From positions 1 to 51,029 of the forward strand of contig JANMPT010000002.1 in assembly GCA_031370005.1 (NCBI GenBank): a stretch of DNA of 51,029 nt, read 5' to 3'. Position numbers and translations under genes: made by a program. The notes under the pieces were generated by a model that saw nothing but the letters and a program-made list of their open reading frames with translations, was not told where the DNA came from and searched no databases. This stretch comes from Bdellovibrionales bacterium (lineage in GTDB: Bacteria > Bdellovibrionota > Bdellovibrionia > Bdellovibrionales > Bdellovibrionaceae). Shown here piece by piece: positions 8,778-18,254 of the stretch; position 1 is the first letter of the stretch; each line of letters begins with the position of its first letter.

Positions 8778-10178
8778 TTAGATACCCGTCAAAACCTTGA
8801 CATCCGAATAGAATCCGCCCCAGGGATCCATAGCCATTTGACCGAAGGTCGTTTGACGATGGCCAGGTGCAAAGTTATCCGGCAGCCAAGAGTTGATCGA
8901 AACAGTACCCACATCCACTTTTTCTGCGATCTTTAAAGCGCTTTCCCTTGAAGCCGCCCAAACTACTGCTGAATGGCCGTAATATCCGGTGTTTGCCCAT
9001 TTAAGCATTTCATGCTGATACTTCACTGCTGTCAAAATCAGCAATGGCCCACACGTCTCCTCTTGTTGCATCTCCGAACAATTTGACAAATCTAAACTTA
9101 CAGTTGGAGCAAAGAAAAATCCACGCCCTGCAGAGCGCCCGCCTCCGGAAATAAATTTCCCCTCTTCAAGTTTAATCTGCTGAGATTTCACTTCCATCTG
9201 CCGTAACACTTCCTCAGAAATCACAGGAGTCCATAAGCTTGGATCCTCCGGAGACATCGCCGGCTTCAATGCACTTAAACATTCCTTTATCTTTTCAATA
9301 AATTCTTTTTGAAAGGACTCCAATACAAAAAGCCGTGTTGCATTCCAGCAAAGTTGCCCTTGGCCTATTAAAAAACTTTGAAGAATTTCCGGCATCTTAT
9401 TCTGGAAATCAACTTCGTTTAAAATAAAAATGTTGTTTTTAGCCCCGGAGTGAATCTGGATTTTTTTAAATTGAGAAAAAGTCCCTTGGAGAACCTTTTC
9501 GGCATTTGCAAGTTTCCCCACAAAACTCACGCCACGAGTGGAGGGATGCGCGGCAAGCAAGGCGCCGACTTCGCCACCTCGTCCTTGAATAAATTGCACA
9601 AGTCCCTTCGGGGCTTGTACGGCGGTCATAACTTCACCCATGATAAGTGCTGTGACAGGGGAAAATTCTGAAACTTTTACAAGGCAAACATTCCCGGCAG
9701 CAATTGCTGGAGCCAAACGCTCGGTTAAAAGGCGCAGAGATAAATTCCAAGATAGAATCAAAGAAATAATTCCCGTTGGCTGAACATATGTTCCGGGGTC
9801 TTTTTTCTGGGCAAACTTGCGTGTGGTCTTCGCAGTTCCGCGAAGGTGTTTTATCGAATATTGCAGACTTTTTTCTTTAACGAAATTTAAGGGCAACCCT
9901 TGATGTAGTGCTTCTTGCAAAGCATAGACTTCGAGTTTCTCCTCTAGCTTATTAGCAATACTGCAAAGCAGTTCGGCCCTTTGCTCTAGGGTCCACTTCT
10001 CGAATTCCACTTGCGCTTTTTTCGCGGCTTGGACAGCCTGGATCACATCCATTGCATCCGAAGCAGCAACTTTGCCTAAAACTTCCCCCGTGTATGGATT
10101 CAGTTTTTGAAAATGCGATTTGCCATGTGCTGGTAAAAACTCGCCATTGATATAATTATGAAAATCCTGAGAAGCCAT
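8778..10178 (-). CDS. Aldehyde dehydrogenase family protein (atypical motifs)
   Basis: NYINGEF..NPYTGE, SWNLSL, APAIAAGN, GQGQLC (catalytic Cys), EETCGP. Confidence 0.85.
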   Translation of the reverse strand: MASQDFHNYINGEFLPAHGKSHFQKLNPYTGEVLGKVAASDAMDVIQAVQAAKKAQVEFEKWTLEQRAELLCSIANKLEEKLEVYALQEALHQGLPLNFVKEKSLQYSIKHLRGTAKTTRKFAQKKDPGTYVQPTGIISLILSWNLSLRLLTERLAPAIAAGNVCLVKVSEFSPVTALIMGEVMTAVQAPKGLVQFIQGRGGEVGALLAAHPSTRGVSFVGKLANAEKVLQGTFSQFKKIQIHSGAKNNIFILNEVDFQNKMPEILQSFLIGQGQLCWNATRLFVLESFQKEFIEKIKECLSALKPAMSPEDPSLWTPVISEEVLRQMEVKSQQIKLEEGKFISGGGRSAGRGFFFAPTVSLDLSNCSEMQQEETCGPLLILTAVKYQHEMLKWANTGYYGHSAVVWAASRESALKIAEKVDVGTVSINSWLPDNFAPGHRQTTFGQMAMDPWGGFYSDVKVLTGI

Positions 10179-10217
10179 GATCCTCAAGATCTAGTAAAAA
10201 AATGTGAAAAGCAAGCC

Positions 10218-11783
10218 CTAGAAGACAGTTTGATTGCGGTATTGCATGAGATGTTTAGCGATTCCATCCGCATTGATAATTTGCTCTGCGACACCCAGCT
10301 CGACAGCTTTCTGTGGCCCATAAGGAAATTGAGCCTCTTCAGGATGCTGAACCACGGTCATTCCGCCCTTATCCTGCACGGCCGTCAAGCCATCCACTCC
10401 ATCAATGCCAAATCCTGAAAGAAGAATTCCATAGACGCCGCCCGCATAGGCCTGTGCAGCAGATTGAAATAACACATTTGTGGAGGGCAATTGAGAGGCC
10501 ACGGGGGCTCCTTTTTCAATCATAATTTGTGGGCCATTAGCTGAGGCTACAACTTTGCCATGATGTCCGGCCGGAATAAAATAGACCGAACCCATACGCA
10601 GTCTTTCCCCGTCTTTGGCGACAACTAAGCTTACTTTAGACCTAGGTTTCATTTTTTGAAAAAAACTATCTAGAAAATTCGTCACGATACTGCAGGAAAC
10701 CACCATCGGTGGATTATCCACAGCAAGACCCTCAAGAATTTTTTCAACTGCACTGGCGCTGCCGGCATTTCCGCCCATGACAACCACCTTGAGCTCCTGC
10801 GTTTTTTTCTTCATTCTGCCAGCCGAAGAATTTATCTCAGCGCTTGAAATTGGCGCTGGTTTTTCCTTAAGCTTCTTAAGAACATTCACAGATGCTGCCG
10901 CCCGTACCTTCTCAACAAGAGTAATAGCAAGACTCTTCAAGATCTGAGGGTCAAACTGTGACGGCTTATGCACAAACTCCACGGCCCCGAGCTCGAGAGC
11001 CTTCATTGCGGCCTCGCCCGTGCTGCCAAGAGAAGAAACCATCACAACCGGGATTGGCTGAAATTTCATAATCTTTTCTAAAAAAACCACGCCACTCATT
11101 CGTGGCATTTCAATATCCAAAGTTAATACATCGGGTTTCTTAGTGGCAATCAATTCGCGTGCCTGATAGGCATCCGCTGCTGTACCCACAACCTCAAGAC
11201 CGCTTTTCTGGAATATATTTGTAAAAAGTGTCCTTACAGTAGCCGAGTCATCCACGATTAAGACTTTCACCATCTTAGCGACTTGCAACGGTTTAAAGCC
11301 CGAGACATCCACAGAGGCATTGCCCGAGGCCTCTTCGTTGCTAAAACTATGAAGAACTTCAAAAGTATCCGTGTTGAACTTAAGCGTACGACCGGACTCG
11401 CCGCCGACATTTTTCTCAATGATACGAATCCCATTATTTCCGAGTATCCGTTCAGCGATTTCAATATTGCGTCGCCCGATACTTTCCCCAAGAGCAGAAA
11501 TCGCAATTACATTTCCTCCGCCATAAACTTTTGCTTGAATACGGCCTAATAATGCCCCCAGCCGAAGCATCTCCTCAATAAGCATTTCAATTGCAGAAGT
11601 CCCATAGCGTGGGTTTCCCACATCATTAGGGCTCAGCTCAGGCAGAAGATAATGATTAAGACCGCCCACTTTTGCTACAGGATCATGAAGAGCCACCGCC
11701 ACGCAAGAACCTAACAGAGTTGAAATGATCGTTTCCTCTTTAAAAGCCGCAAGCTTTCCTGGAAACAAATAGTGCTTATTCAT
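10218..11783 (-). CDS. CheD-REC-CheB fusion protein
   Basis: CheD motifs TLLGSCVAV and GGLNHYLLP; receiver VLIVDDS..DVLTLDIEMP; CheB-like C-terminal domain (LRMGSVYFIPAGHH, PSTNVLFQS, GFGIDGVDGL). Confidence 0.9.
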   Translation of the reverse strand: MNKHYLFPGKLAAFKEETIISTLLGSCVAVALHDPVAKVGGLNHYLLPELSPNDVGNPRYGTSAIEMLIEEMLRLGALLGRIQAKVYGGGNVIAISALGESIGRRNIEIAERILGNNGIRIIEKNVGGESGRTLKFNTDTFEVLHSFSNEEASGNASVDVSGFKPLQVAKMVKVLIVDDSATVRTLFTNIFQKSGLEVVGTAADAYQARELIATKKPDVLTLDIEMPRMSGVVFLEKIMKFQPIPVVMVSSLGSTGEAAMKALELGAVEFVHKPSQFDPQILKSLAITLVEKVRAAASVNVLKKLKEKPAPISSAEINSSAGRMKKKTQELKVVVMGGNAGSASAVEKILEGLAVDNPPMVVSCSIVTNFLDSFFQKMKPRSKVSLVVAKDGERLRMGSVYFIPAGHHGKVVASANGPQIMIEKGAPVASQLPSTNVLFQSAAQAYAGGVYGILLSGFGIDGVDGLTAVQDKGGMTVVQHPEEAQFPYGPQKAVELGVAEQIINADGIAKHLMQYRNQTVF

Positions 11784-12549
11784 AACTCACCAGTTTCTCT
11801 ATATCTAGGACCATCAATGATTTATCGTTTTTAATTACAAAGCGATCTGCAACTGGCGACAATAAGGTTGATCCAGAATGATTTTGGAATTCAGAGGCGT
11901 CAAGCTCGAGAACGTCATCCGTCTTATCTACTTCCAAGGCAAAAAAAGATTCTTTATAGTCACAGACCACGAAACAGGTTCGCTCACTCTTGCTCTTGCT
12001 TTCATCTTTCTGCTTAAAACCAAAATCAGTTAAATTAACAACTGGGATACCTTGGCCACGAAAGCTTACCAGGCCGCGCACACCTATTTGAGGCCGCGGC
12101 AAGGGGAAAATCTTTTTATTACTGACTATTTCAGTTACGTTTTTTACTGGAACAATAAAGTAGTGGGCATGGCTTACGCATTGAAGATAAAGTTGACGAC
12201 CTTCGCCTCTACCCTGTTGAAATGATTCGTAGAACTTCTCATACAAGCTTTGAGAGTCATCTTGAGTCTTTAGTAAATTTAAATAGTCGCTAAGGACCTT
12301 CGAAACTTTATCTGAATCTTCTTTTCCGCTATATATGCCATCAGAAATAGTGGTTTTTAGGAATTCCAAGAGATTCACAAAAAAATCCATCCCATTTGAG
12401 CGACATTCGAGAGCCCACTCATCAATAGCCAACTTCACTTCGCCAAAGAAGTCATCATAGGTTTTAAAGCGCTCCAAAGACTCGATCATCGTTGCAATAA
12501 AGTGAAGACGCATCTCAAGCGTAAACTCATCTAAAGCTAGGCTACTCAT
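11776..12549 (-). CDS. cheW: CheW with N-terminal helical extension
   Basis: VRGLVSFRGQGIPVVNL...FALEVDKT...VLDIEKL; lies directly after cheA. Confidence 0.8.
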   Translation of the reverse strand: MSSLALDEFTLEMRLHFIATMIESLERFKTYDDFFGEVKLAIDEWALECRSNGMDFFVNLLEFLKTTISDGIYSGKEDSDKVSKVLSDYLNLLKTQDDSQSLYEKFYESFQQGRGEGRQLYLQCVSHAHYFIVPVKNVTEIVSNKKIFPLPRPQIGVRGLVSFRGQGIPVVNLTDFGFKQKDESKSKSERTCFVVCDYKESFFALEVDKTDDVLELDASEFQNHSGSTLLSPVADRFVIKNDKSLMVLDIEKLVSYE

Positions 12550-14269
12550 GGGCCTCCCTTCTCAAAAGGGTTTGCAGTTCTCTAGAGTCGATCACATACG
12601 CTATTTGCTCATCTGTCAGAACTGAATTCCCTTTAAGGCCCGGCAAATGCCTAATAAGATTTCCAAAAGGCTTAATAACTAAGTCCGTTTGTTGTTGAAT
12701 CTTATCAACTAAAACTCCTAAATAAAAATCTTTCGATTTCAAGAAAATCACTGACATAGATTTCACATGATCAATATCTAAATTCATTTTAAACTTATAA
12801 ATTTCGTCAAGCGTTAACAAAGGCACCGTCTTATTTTCAAACTGACAGAAACGAAGTCCATCTACGTTCGTCATTTGCAATTCATCACAAGAGCTAATGT
12901 GAGAAACTTCAGATAGCGGGAATGCCAAAAAAAAGTCTTTCCACTCGCCCAAAAGGCATCGCTCAACGAGTAATTTTCTAGGAACTGGAATTCTTAAATG
13001 AATTGCCGAGCCCTCGCCAACTTTTGACTTCACTTCAACATGGCCCCCATATTTGGACACAATGTTTTGGACTACATCCATGCCAACGCCCCGACCTGAC
13101 ATAGTCGTGATTTTTTCTTTCGTGGAAAAACCGGGATGGAATATAAAGGCGAAGATTTTCTCTTCGCTCATCTGGGATGCCCCAAGGGCATTGGTTAGCC
13201 CTTTTTCTAAGGCCCGTTGAAGAATACGCTCTTTATCTAAACCTTTACCATCATCTTGAATTTCACAATAGATGACCGAGTTTCTTTCCTCGATTTTAAT
13301 CTGCAAAAGCCCTTGGGAATTCTTACCAGCCTGAACTCGGGCTTCTGGAGTCTCAATCCCATGATCAAGTGAGTTTCTTACCATATGTATTAACGCTTTA
13401 TAGAGATCAGTAGCTAAAACCTTGTCGACCTCAAGCTCTAAACCAAAATCTTTAAAGCCAACTTCTTTTTTAAGTTCATATGCCGCTTGTCGTACAAGGG
13501 GAAATAAGCCAGATAATGCCTCCTTCAAGGGAATTTTCTGAGCTTTATCAAGTATTCCCTGAAATTGATCAGAAAGAAGATTCAAGGAGTGTGCAAACGT
13601 ACTTTGCTTCTCTTGAGCTTTTTGAAGTGTCATTGTTTCTTTGGAACTTGCAAGCATTTGAAACGAATTCTTTAAGAGAATAAAATCACTTGAAAGCTGC
13701 ATTAAAGAAGATATTTGATCTTTAGAAAGCAATACGCCATCTTTATTGCGCAGCCTTTCAACTTCTTGAAGCTCACCTGTAAAACTCTTTTCCTGCATAA
13801 CAGGAGCATCCGCCGAAGTACTCAACTGTAGATTTCCATAACGTGAAATAAGCTCGATGGCTTCACTAAGTTCTTCGGGATAAATTTCCCGATGTGTCCG
13901 CAGATTTTCCGCTAAAACCCTAAGAAGCCGCGAGCTATGCAAAAATATCTCGATGCATTCTTTTGTTGGCACAATTTTTTGCTTGCGTAGGCGGTCCAAA
14001 AGAGTCTCAAACTCATGGGACAAGGAGCCTAAGAGTTGTCCTCCAGGAACGGCACCCACACTCCCTTTAAGCGTGTGAACCTTTCTAAAAAGGCCCTGCA
14101 CCAAAATCTCGTCATGGGGATTTACTTCTAAACGAAGAATATGCTCGTCGAGATCCACAAGAATATCTTCAGACTCTTTAAAGAAAGCCTCTGAAACTGC
14201 TTGAACTTCATTGAAGTCGAAATCAAGCTCAATGATCTGCGTAGAACTTTTGTTTTCTGATTCTGACAT
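12542..14269 (-). CDS. cheA: Chemotaxis histidine kinase CheA
   Basis: Hpt LFRKVHTLKG; HMVRNSLDHG, DDGKGL, SGRGVGMDVV; C-terminal CheW-like domain. Confidence 0.95.
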   Translation of the reverse strand: MSESENKSSTQIIELDFDFNEVQAVSEAFFKESEDILVDLDEHILRLEVNPHDEILVQGLFRKVHTLKGSVGAVPGGQLLGSLSHEFETLLDRLRKQKIVPTKECIEIFLHSSRLLRVLAENLRTHREIYPEELSEAIELISRYGNLQLSTSADAPVMQEKSFTGELQEVERLRNKDGVLLSKDQISSLMQLSSDFILLKNSFQMLASSKETMTLQKAQEKQSTFAHSLNLLSDQFQGILDKAQKIPLKEALSGLFPLVRQAAYELKKEVGFKDFGLELEVDKVLATDLYKALIHMVRNSLDHGIETPEARVQAGKNSQGLLQIKIEERNSVIYCEIQDDGKGLDKERILQRALEKGLTNALGASQMSEEKIFAFIFHPGFSTKEKITTMSGRGVGMDVVQNIVSKYGGHVEVKSKVGEGSAIHLRIPVPRKLLVERCLLGEWKDFFLAFPLSEVSHISSCDELQMTNVDGLRFCQFENKTVPLLTLDEIYKFKMNLDIDHVKSMSVIFLKSKDFYLGVLVDKIQQQTDLVIKPFGNLIRHLPGLKGNSVLTDEQIAYVIDSRELQTLLRREAHE

Positions 14270-14316
14270 TAAGTTCGACCAAGCCCTTGTGATCAATGTT
14301 ACTTTGTATTGATAAG

Positions 14317-14344
14317 TTATCGGAATTACAAGCGGTACCCTTTA
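14317..14344 (-). promoter_or_regulatory. Putative sigma28 (FliA) promoter for cheA
   Basis: Minus strand reads TAAA-N16-TCCGATAA about 48 bp upstream of the cheA ATG (consensus TAAA-N15-GCCGATAA). Confidence 0.55.
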
Positions 14345-14447
14345 CGCCTAAAATATAAATTATACGAAATTTAACAAGACAAGGGTCTAAGTAACAGGCC
14401 AGAGGTATGGGCTGTCTCGGAGTGGGATCAAAACAAATAAAAAACAG

Positions 14448-14843
14448 CTACAAGCTCAGGCTCTTAATAATGACAGCCTGGATTTTCTTCATCTCTTCAT
14501 CTGAGCGACGCTGTGCTCTTTTGAAATCCAGGTCAGGAATCGACCACGCTGGAATGAGATGAAGATGATAATGAGGGACCTCAAATCCAGCAACAATCTG
14601 GCCCACCCGAGGGCAGCTTGTTGCTTTTAGAATGGCCTTACCTATTTTTTGAGAAACCTTGTGGAGGTGAGCGTAGACTTCAGGGGGGACCTCCGTCCAA
14701 TGATTGATTTCCTCTTTACTGATCACCAAGGTATGACCAAGGCTGACCTGATCCAAAGCCAAAAAAGAAAAAACCTCTTTGTCTTCATAAATCTTGTAGC
14801 AAGGAACTTCCCCGCGAATAATTTTAGTAAAAACTGAAGCCAT
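14448..14843 (-). CDS. HIT-family nucleotide hydrolase
   Basis: SVFTKIIRGEVP, GHTLVI, and histidine triad VPHYHLHLIP; RBS-like GAGGAG before the ATG at 14843. Confidence 0.92.
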   Translation of the reverse strand: MASVFTKIIRGEVPCYKIYEDKEVFSFLALDQVSLGHTLVISKEEINHWTEVPPEVYAHLHKVSQKIGKAILKATSCPRVGQIVAGFEVPHYHLHLIPAWSIPDLDFKRAQRRSDEEMKKIQAVIIKSLSL

Positions 14844-14857
14844 AAAGGTCTCCTCAC

Positions 14858-15997
14858 TTATCTTTGGGAAATAGGCTTCCACGTGAGGCCTTCTTTTCCA
14901 GCCCATTTTCCTCGCGGACGATAAATTCTGTTATTCGCATACTGCTCAAAAGCATGTGCACACCAGCCAGCGATTCGCGATGCCGCAAAGATTGGAGTGA
15001 ACAAATCAGTAGGAATTCCCATCGAGAAGTAAACCGTTGCAGAGTAAAAATCCACATTTGGCATCAAACCTTTTTCTTTGTACATCGTATCATCAATCAA
15101 GGTCGACATTTCGTACATATTGTGTAGACCTGCCTCTTTTGTTAATTTGTCAGAAATTCCCCGAAGAATACGTGCACGAGGATCGCCATTTTTATAAACG
15201 CGGTGACCGATACCCATTACTTTTTCCTTTGCACTCAAGGCATCTTTTACGAATTGTTGCGCCTTTTCCATAGTGCCGATTCTTTGCAACATCAAGATCA
15301 CTTGCTCATTTGCTCCACCGTGCAGAGGCCCTTTTAAGGTACCGATAGCGGAGACAATTGCGGAATGCAGATCCGATAATGAAGATGCCGTTACCCGCGT
15401 TGCAAAGGCAGAGCAGTTCAACTCGTGATCCGCATGAAGAATCAAACAAGTATCCATAACCTTGACGTGCTCAGCCTTCGGTTCCTTGCCGCCACCAAGC
15501 ATGTACATCATGTTCCAAGCGATTGACTTGTCCATTCTCGGAGTTACTGGTTCCTTTCCTTTGCGAATAGCATCAAACGCACAAAGCAAAGTTCCCATTT
15601 TTGCCGTCAAACGAATTGATTTACGGTGATTTGCCGCAGGGGAGTTATCGTTTGCCTCCGTATCCCAGTGGGCCATCAAAGAAACTGCAGAGCGCAACCA
15701 GCCCATTGGATGAACATTGGTTGGAATCCCCTTTAGCGTTTTGATAAAATCAGGGCTCAAAGCCATTTCCTTATAAAGCTCCGCAGAGAATGCAGTAAGC
15801 TCTTGAGCGTTTGGAAGTTTGTCGTTCCAAAGAAGATAAGTCACCTCTTCGAAAGTTGAATGTGCCGCTAAATCATCAATTACATAACCGCGAAAATTTA
15901 GAGCATCGCCAACAATAAATGAAACTTTAGTTGTACAGGCTACTACGCCCTCTAATCCTTTATCCAAGGCGCCTTCGTAAGTCGTTACATCTGCCAT
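14858..15997 (-). CDS. Citrate synthase / 2-methylcitrate synthase family
   Basis: KGLEGVV, HADHELN, GPLHGGANE, GIGHRVYK, PNVDFYS. Confidence 0.93.
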   Translation of the reverse strand: MADVTTYEGALDKGLEGVVACTTKVSFIVGDALNFRGYVIDDLAAHSTFEEVTYLLWNDKLPNAQELTAFSAELYKEMALSPDFIKTLKGIPTNVHPMGWLRSAVSLMAHWDTEANDNSPAANHRKSIRLTAKMGTLLCAFDAIRKGKEPVTPRMDKSIAWNMMYMLGGGKEPKAEHVKVMDTCLILHADHELNCSAFATRVTASSLSDLHSAIVSAIGTLKGPLHGGANEQVILMLQRIGTMEKAQQFVKDALSAKEKVMGIGHRVYKNGDPRARILRGISDKLTKEAGLHNMYEMSTLIDDTMYKEKGLMPNVDFYSATVYFSMGIPTDLFTPIFAASRIAGWCAHAFEQYANNRIYRPRGKWAGKEGLTWKPISQR

Positions 15998-16069
15998 TTT
16001 GAGTATCCTTTCTAACCATGAGTAAAATTGATTCTATATAATAAATAATTTACTGAACACGCCACTTGT

Positions 16070-16963
16070 TTAATTTTTAGCAAGCTTTATGACTCGGTCT
16101 TTTACTTCTAGTGCAATGAGGGTCTGATCTCGTATCGGACTTGATTTCCCGGTGAATTTTTCATTCTGATGAAGGACTTCATTTCGAAGCTCATGAACTC
16201 CTGAGCGAGGGGCCATGCGAATCGCCTGTCGAAGCCCTTCGCCTCCCCAGTTTTGTCCTCGAGAATCTTGAGAAAAAGTCAAACCCTCGGTAGCAATCAC
16301 CAAGCGGTCTCGAGGGTTTAATTGTAACTTTAAGCTTTGTGGTCGCATATTAAACTCCCGGGCAAATGGGGGACCGCAAGGCTCAAGACTCTGAATACCT
16401 TCTTGGCCATAAACTTGAACATAGGCTTCAATGTTTCCAACTCCAGAATAGCTTAGCTCATAAGTGCGACGATCAATGACGCCGTAAAATACACTCGCCT
16501 TGTCTGTATTTTGGATATTCGGAACAAGCTCTTTGGCCAAAAGCTCTATCATTTTATGCGGCTCAAGACCCTTGCGCGCTTGAATCTGTGAGGAAATCTT
16601 AATAAGCACCGACAGGAATAGCGCGGACATGGTATAGCCCGAGGCGCTCGCCACTACGACGCCAAATTTAAGCTTGTCTTCGTGTTCAAATATATCAAAG
16701 TAGTCACCACCGAAGCGATCCCCAGGCAGATACTTTGTGCTGCACTCAAAACCGCTAATATTGGGCAGCTGAGTTGGAGAAAGCGTGCGCTGAATCAGCC
16801 CGGCCATTCGAATCTCTTCCGTAATTTGCGAAATCAAATTCTCAAGGGAAACATTCGCCTTTCCTAGCTCCTGACGATACTTCAAAAGCTCTTTGTCTTT
16901 TGTGACAATCTCCGCTTCTAATTCTTGAATATGCTCTTTGAGGATATCGATTTCTTTAGGCAT
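16070..16963 (-). CDS. Coiled-coil + SpoIIE/RsbU-like PP2C domain protein (probably inactive)
   Basis: N-terminal coiled coil; AGLIQRTLSP, FGGDYFD, LNPRDRLVIATEGL, RDQTLIAL. Confidence 0.8.
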   Translation of the reverse strand: MPKEIDILKEHIQELEAEIVTKDKELLKYRQELGKANVSLENLISQITEEIRMAGLIQRTLSPTQLPNISGFECSTKYLPGDRFGGDYFDIFEHEDKLKFGVVVASASGYTMSALFLSVLIKISSQIQARKGLEPHKMIELLAKELVPNIQNTDKASVFYGVIDRRTYELSYSGVGNIEAYVQVYGQEGIQSLEPCGPPFAREFNMRPQSLKLQLNPRDRLVIATEGLTFSQDSRGQNWGGEGLRQAIRMAPRSGVHELRNEVLHQNEKFTGKSSPIRDQTLIALEVKDRVIKLAKN

Positions 16964-17042
16964 CGGATATTATGTTAAAACCGAAACCAAGCATGGCCAA
17001 GCACTGAAGTCTGAAGGAATCAGACCTAGAGCTTTTCACGAC

Positions 17043-18254
17043 CTAGGCCCTGGGCTCAAATGGCTTCTTGTTGCGGCCATCAACAGCCAGAGGTAGCCAC
17101 AAAGCCAATTGAGCGATCTCGCGCTCATGAATTTTTAAGAAGGCTGCAGGAATTTGCGCACGATCTTTAGTGTTTAAAGCATTTTGCTGAGCACTGAGCA
17201 AATCCAGGCGTTCATTTAATTTTTGAATGATAAAATCTAAAATTCCGACGGAAATCAAGCCTCTCGAAATCCACTGAGTCGGAAAATACTCTCCCGTTTG
17301 AACCTCGCCCACTTTCTTCTTAGCCGCATAATGTCCCCAAGTAAGGACGGTCAGGCACTGAACAATCACGATCAAAAGATACATACTTAGGAATTGCCAA
17401 CTTTTCTCGATGAGCTGATTGCTCCCCAAAGAAAAGGTCCATATAAAACCATTACGAAAAAGACCTGCGGCAAAAAAGGCAATCACTAATCCCACTGTAT
17501 TTACTAGGGCATAAGCTTTTGTTGTTGTCTGAACATCCTGATTCATCTTACGCGATCTCCACCATAACAGCCACCCATGTGCAAGCATCTCGCCTAAGAC
17601 AATTGCGACAGCGCCATTCAAGGATAAAGACCCTGCTATTAGAAGTACCAACCCAACAATTACAGCCCAGGATTCAATACCGATAAGTAAAGTTAGAACA
17701 AAAGCCACCACAAGCCAGCAGATTTGGGCCGGAAAACGCCCATCAGCCAACAAAAAATGGAACTCACTTTCGCCCAAAGCCGAAAATAAAATCGATTGTC
17801 TTTGCAGAACTAACTCTGCCCCTTTCAAAAAGCCACCGAGACCGGCAACAAGCTTGAAGAGGCCAAGGCCCTTCTTGGCCCAATGTAAATAAAAATACAG
17901 CACAAGGGCAGCAGCCAAAAGAATCTCGCCACTGATCTGCCAAGCCAATGCAATTCCTATCGCGGTCGTCCATAAGCCGACGCCACTCAGGCATAGTAAT
18001 AAAACAGCATAATGTTTTGAGAAACTGCGTGAGTTCATCAAAGCAACCGCACTGTATTGAGTTTGAATAAAGCTTCCACTGCCTACTGCGCAGAGTCCAG
18101 TGGTGATCAACATTTTGAACATGGAGCTTGGCTCCGGAAGTTCTAGAAATTTCTTTTGTAGGCTACCGAGGCTTTGACTGATGCCCCGTCGGAAAAAAAA
18201 GAGTCCCAGGATCGTCCACGTCACTGCATTCAACCACGCTATAATCATAATCAC
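17043..18254 (-). CDS. Multi-pass membrane protein, distantly Na+/Pi-cotransporter-like
   Basis: Many hydrophobic segments in a duplicated arrangement; family assignment is weak. Confidence 0.5.
   Translation of the reverse strand: MIMIIAWLNAVTWTILGLFFFRRGISQSLGSLQKKFLELPEPSSMFKMLITTGLCAVGSGSFIQTQYSAVALMNSRSFSKHYAVLLLCLSGVGLWTTAIGIALAWQISGEILLAAALVLYFYLHWAKKGLGLFKLVAGLGGFLKGAELVLQRQSILFSALGESEFHFLLADGRFPAQICWLVVAFVLTLLIGIESWAVIVGLVLLIAGSLSLNGAVAIVLGEMLAHGWLLWWRSRKMNQDVQTTTKAYALVNTVGLVIAFFAAGLFRNGFIWTFSLGSNQLIEKSWQFLSMYLLIVIVQCLTVLTWGHYAAKKKVGEVQTGEYFPTQWISRGLISVGILDFIIQKLNERLDLLSAQQNALNTKDRAQIPAAFLKIHEREIAQLALWLPLAVDGRNKKPFEPRA

Noticed and set aside
14844..14906. Extended N-termini of track ORFs (HIT; likewise flgF, flgI, vapB, cheA, cinA)
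   Set aside because: They overlap neighbouring genes or promoters; downstream ATGs fit RBS positions and family N-termini better.
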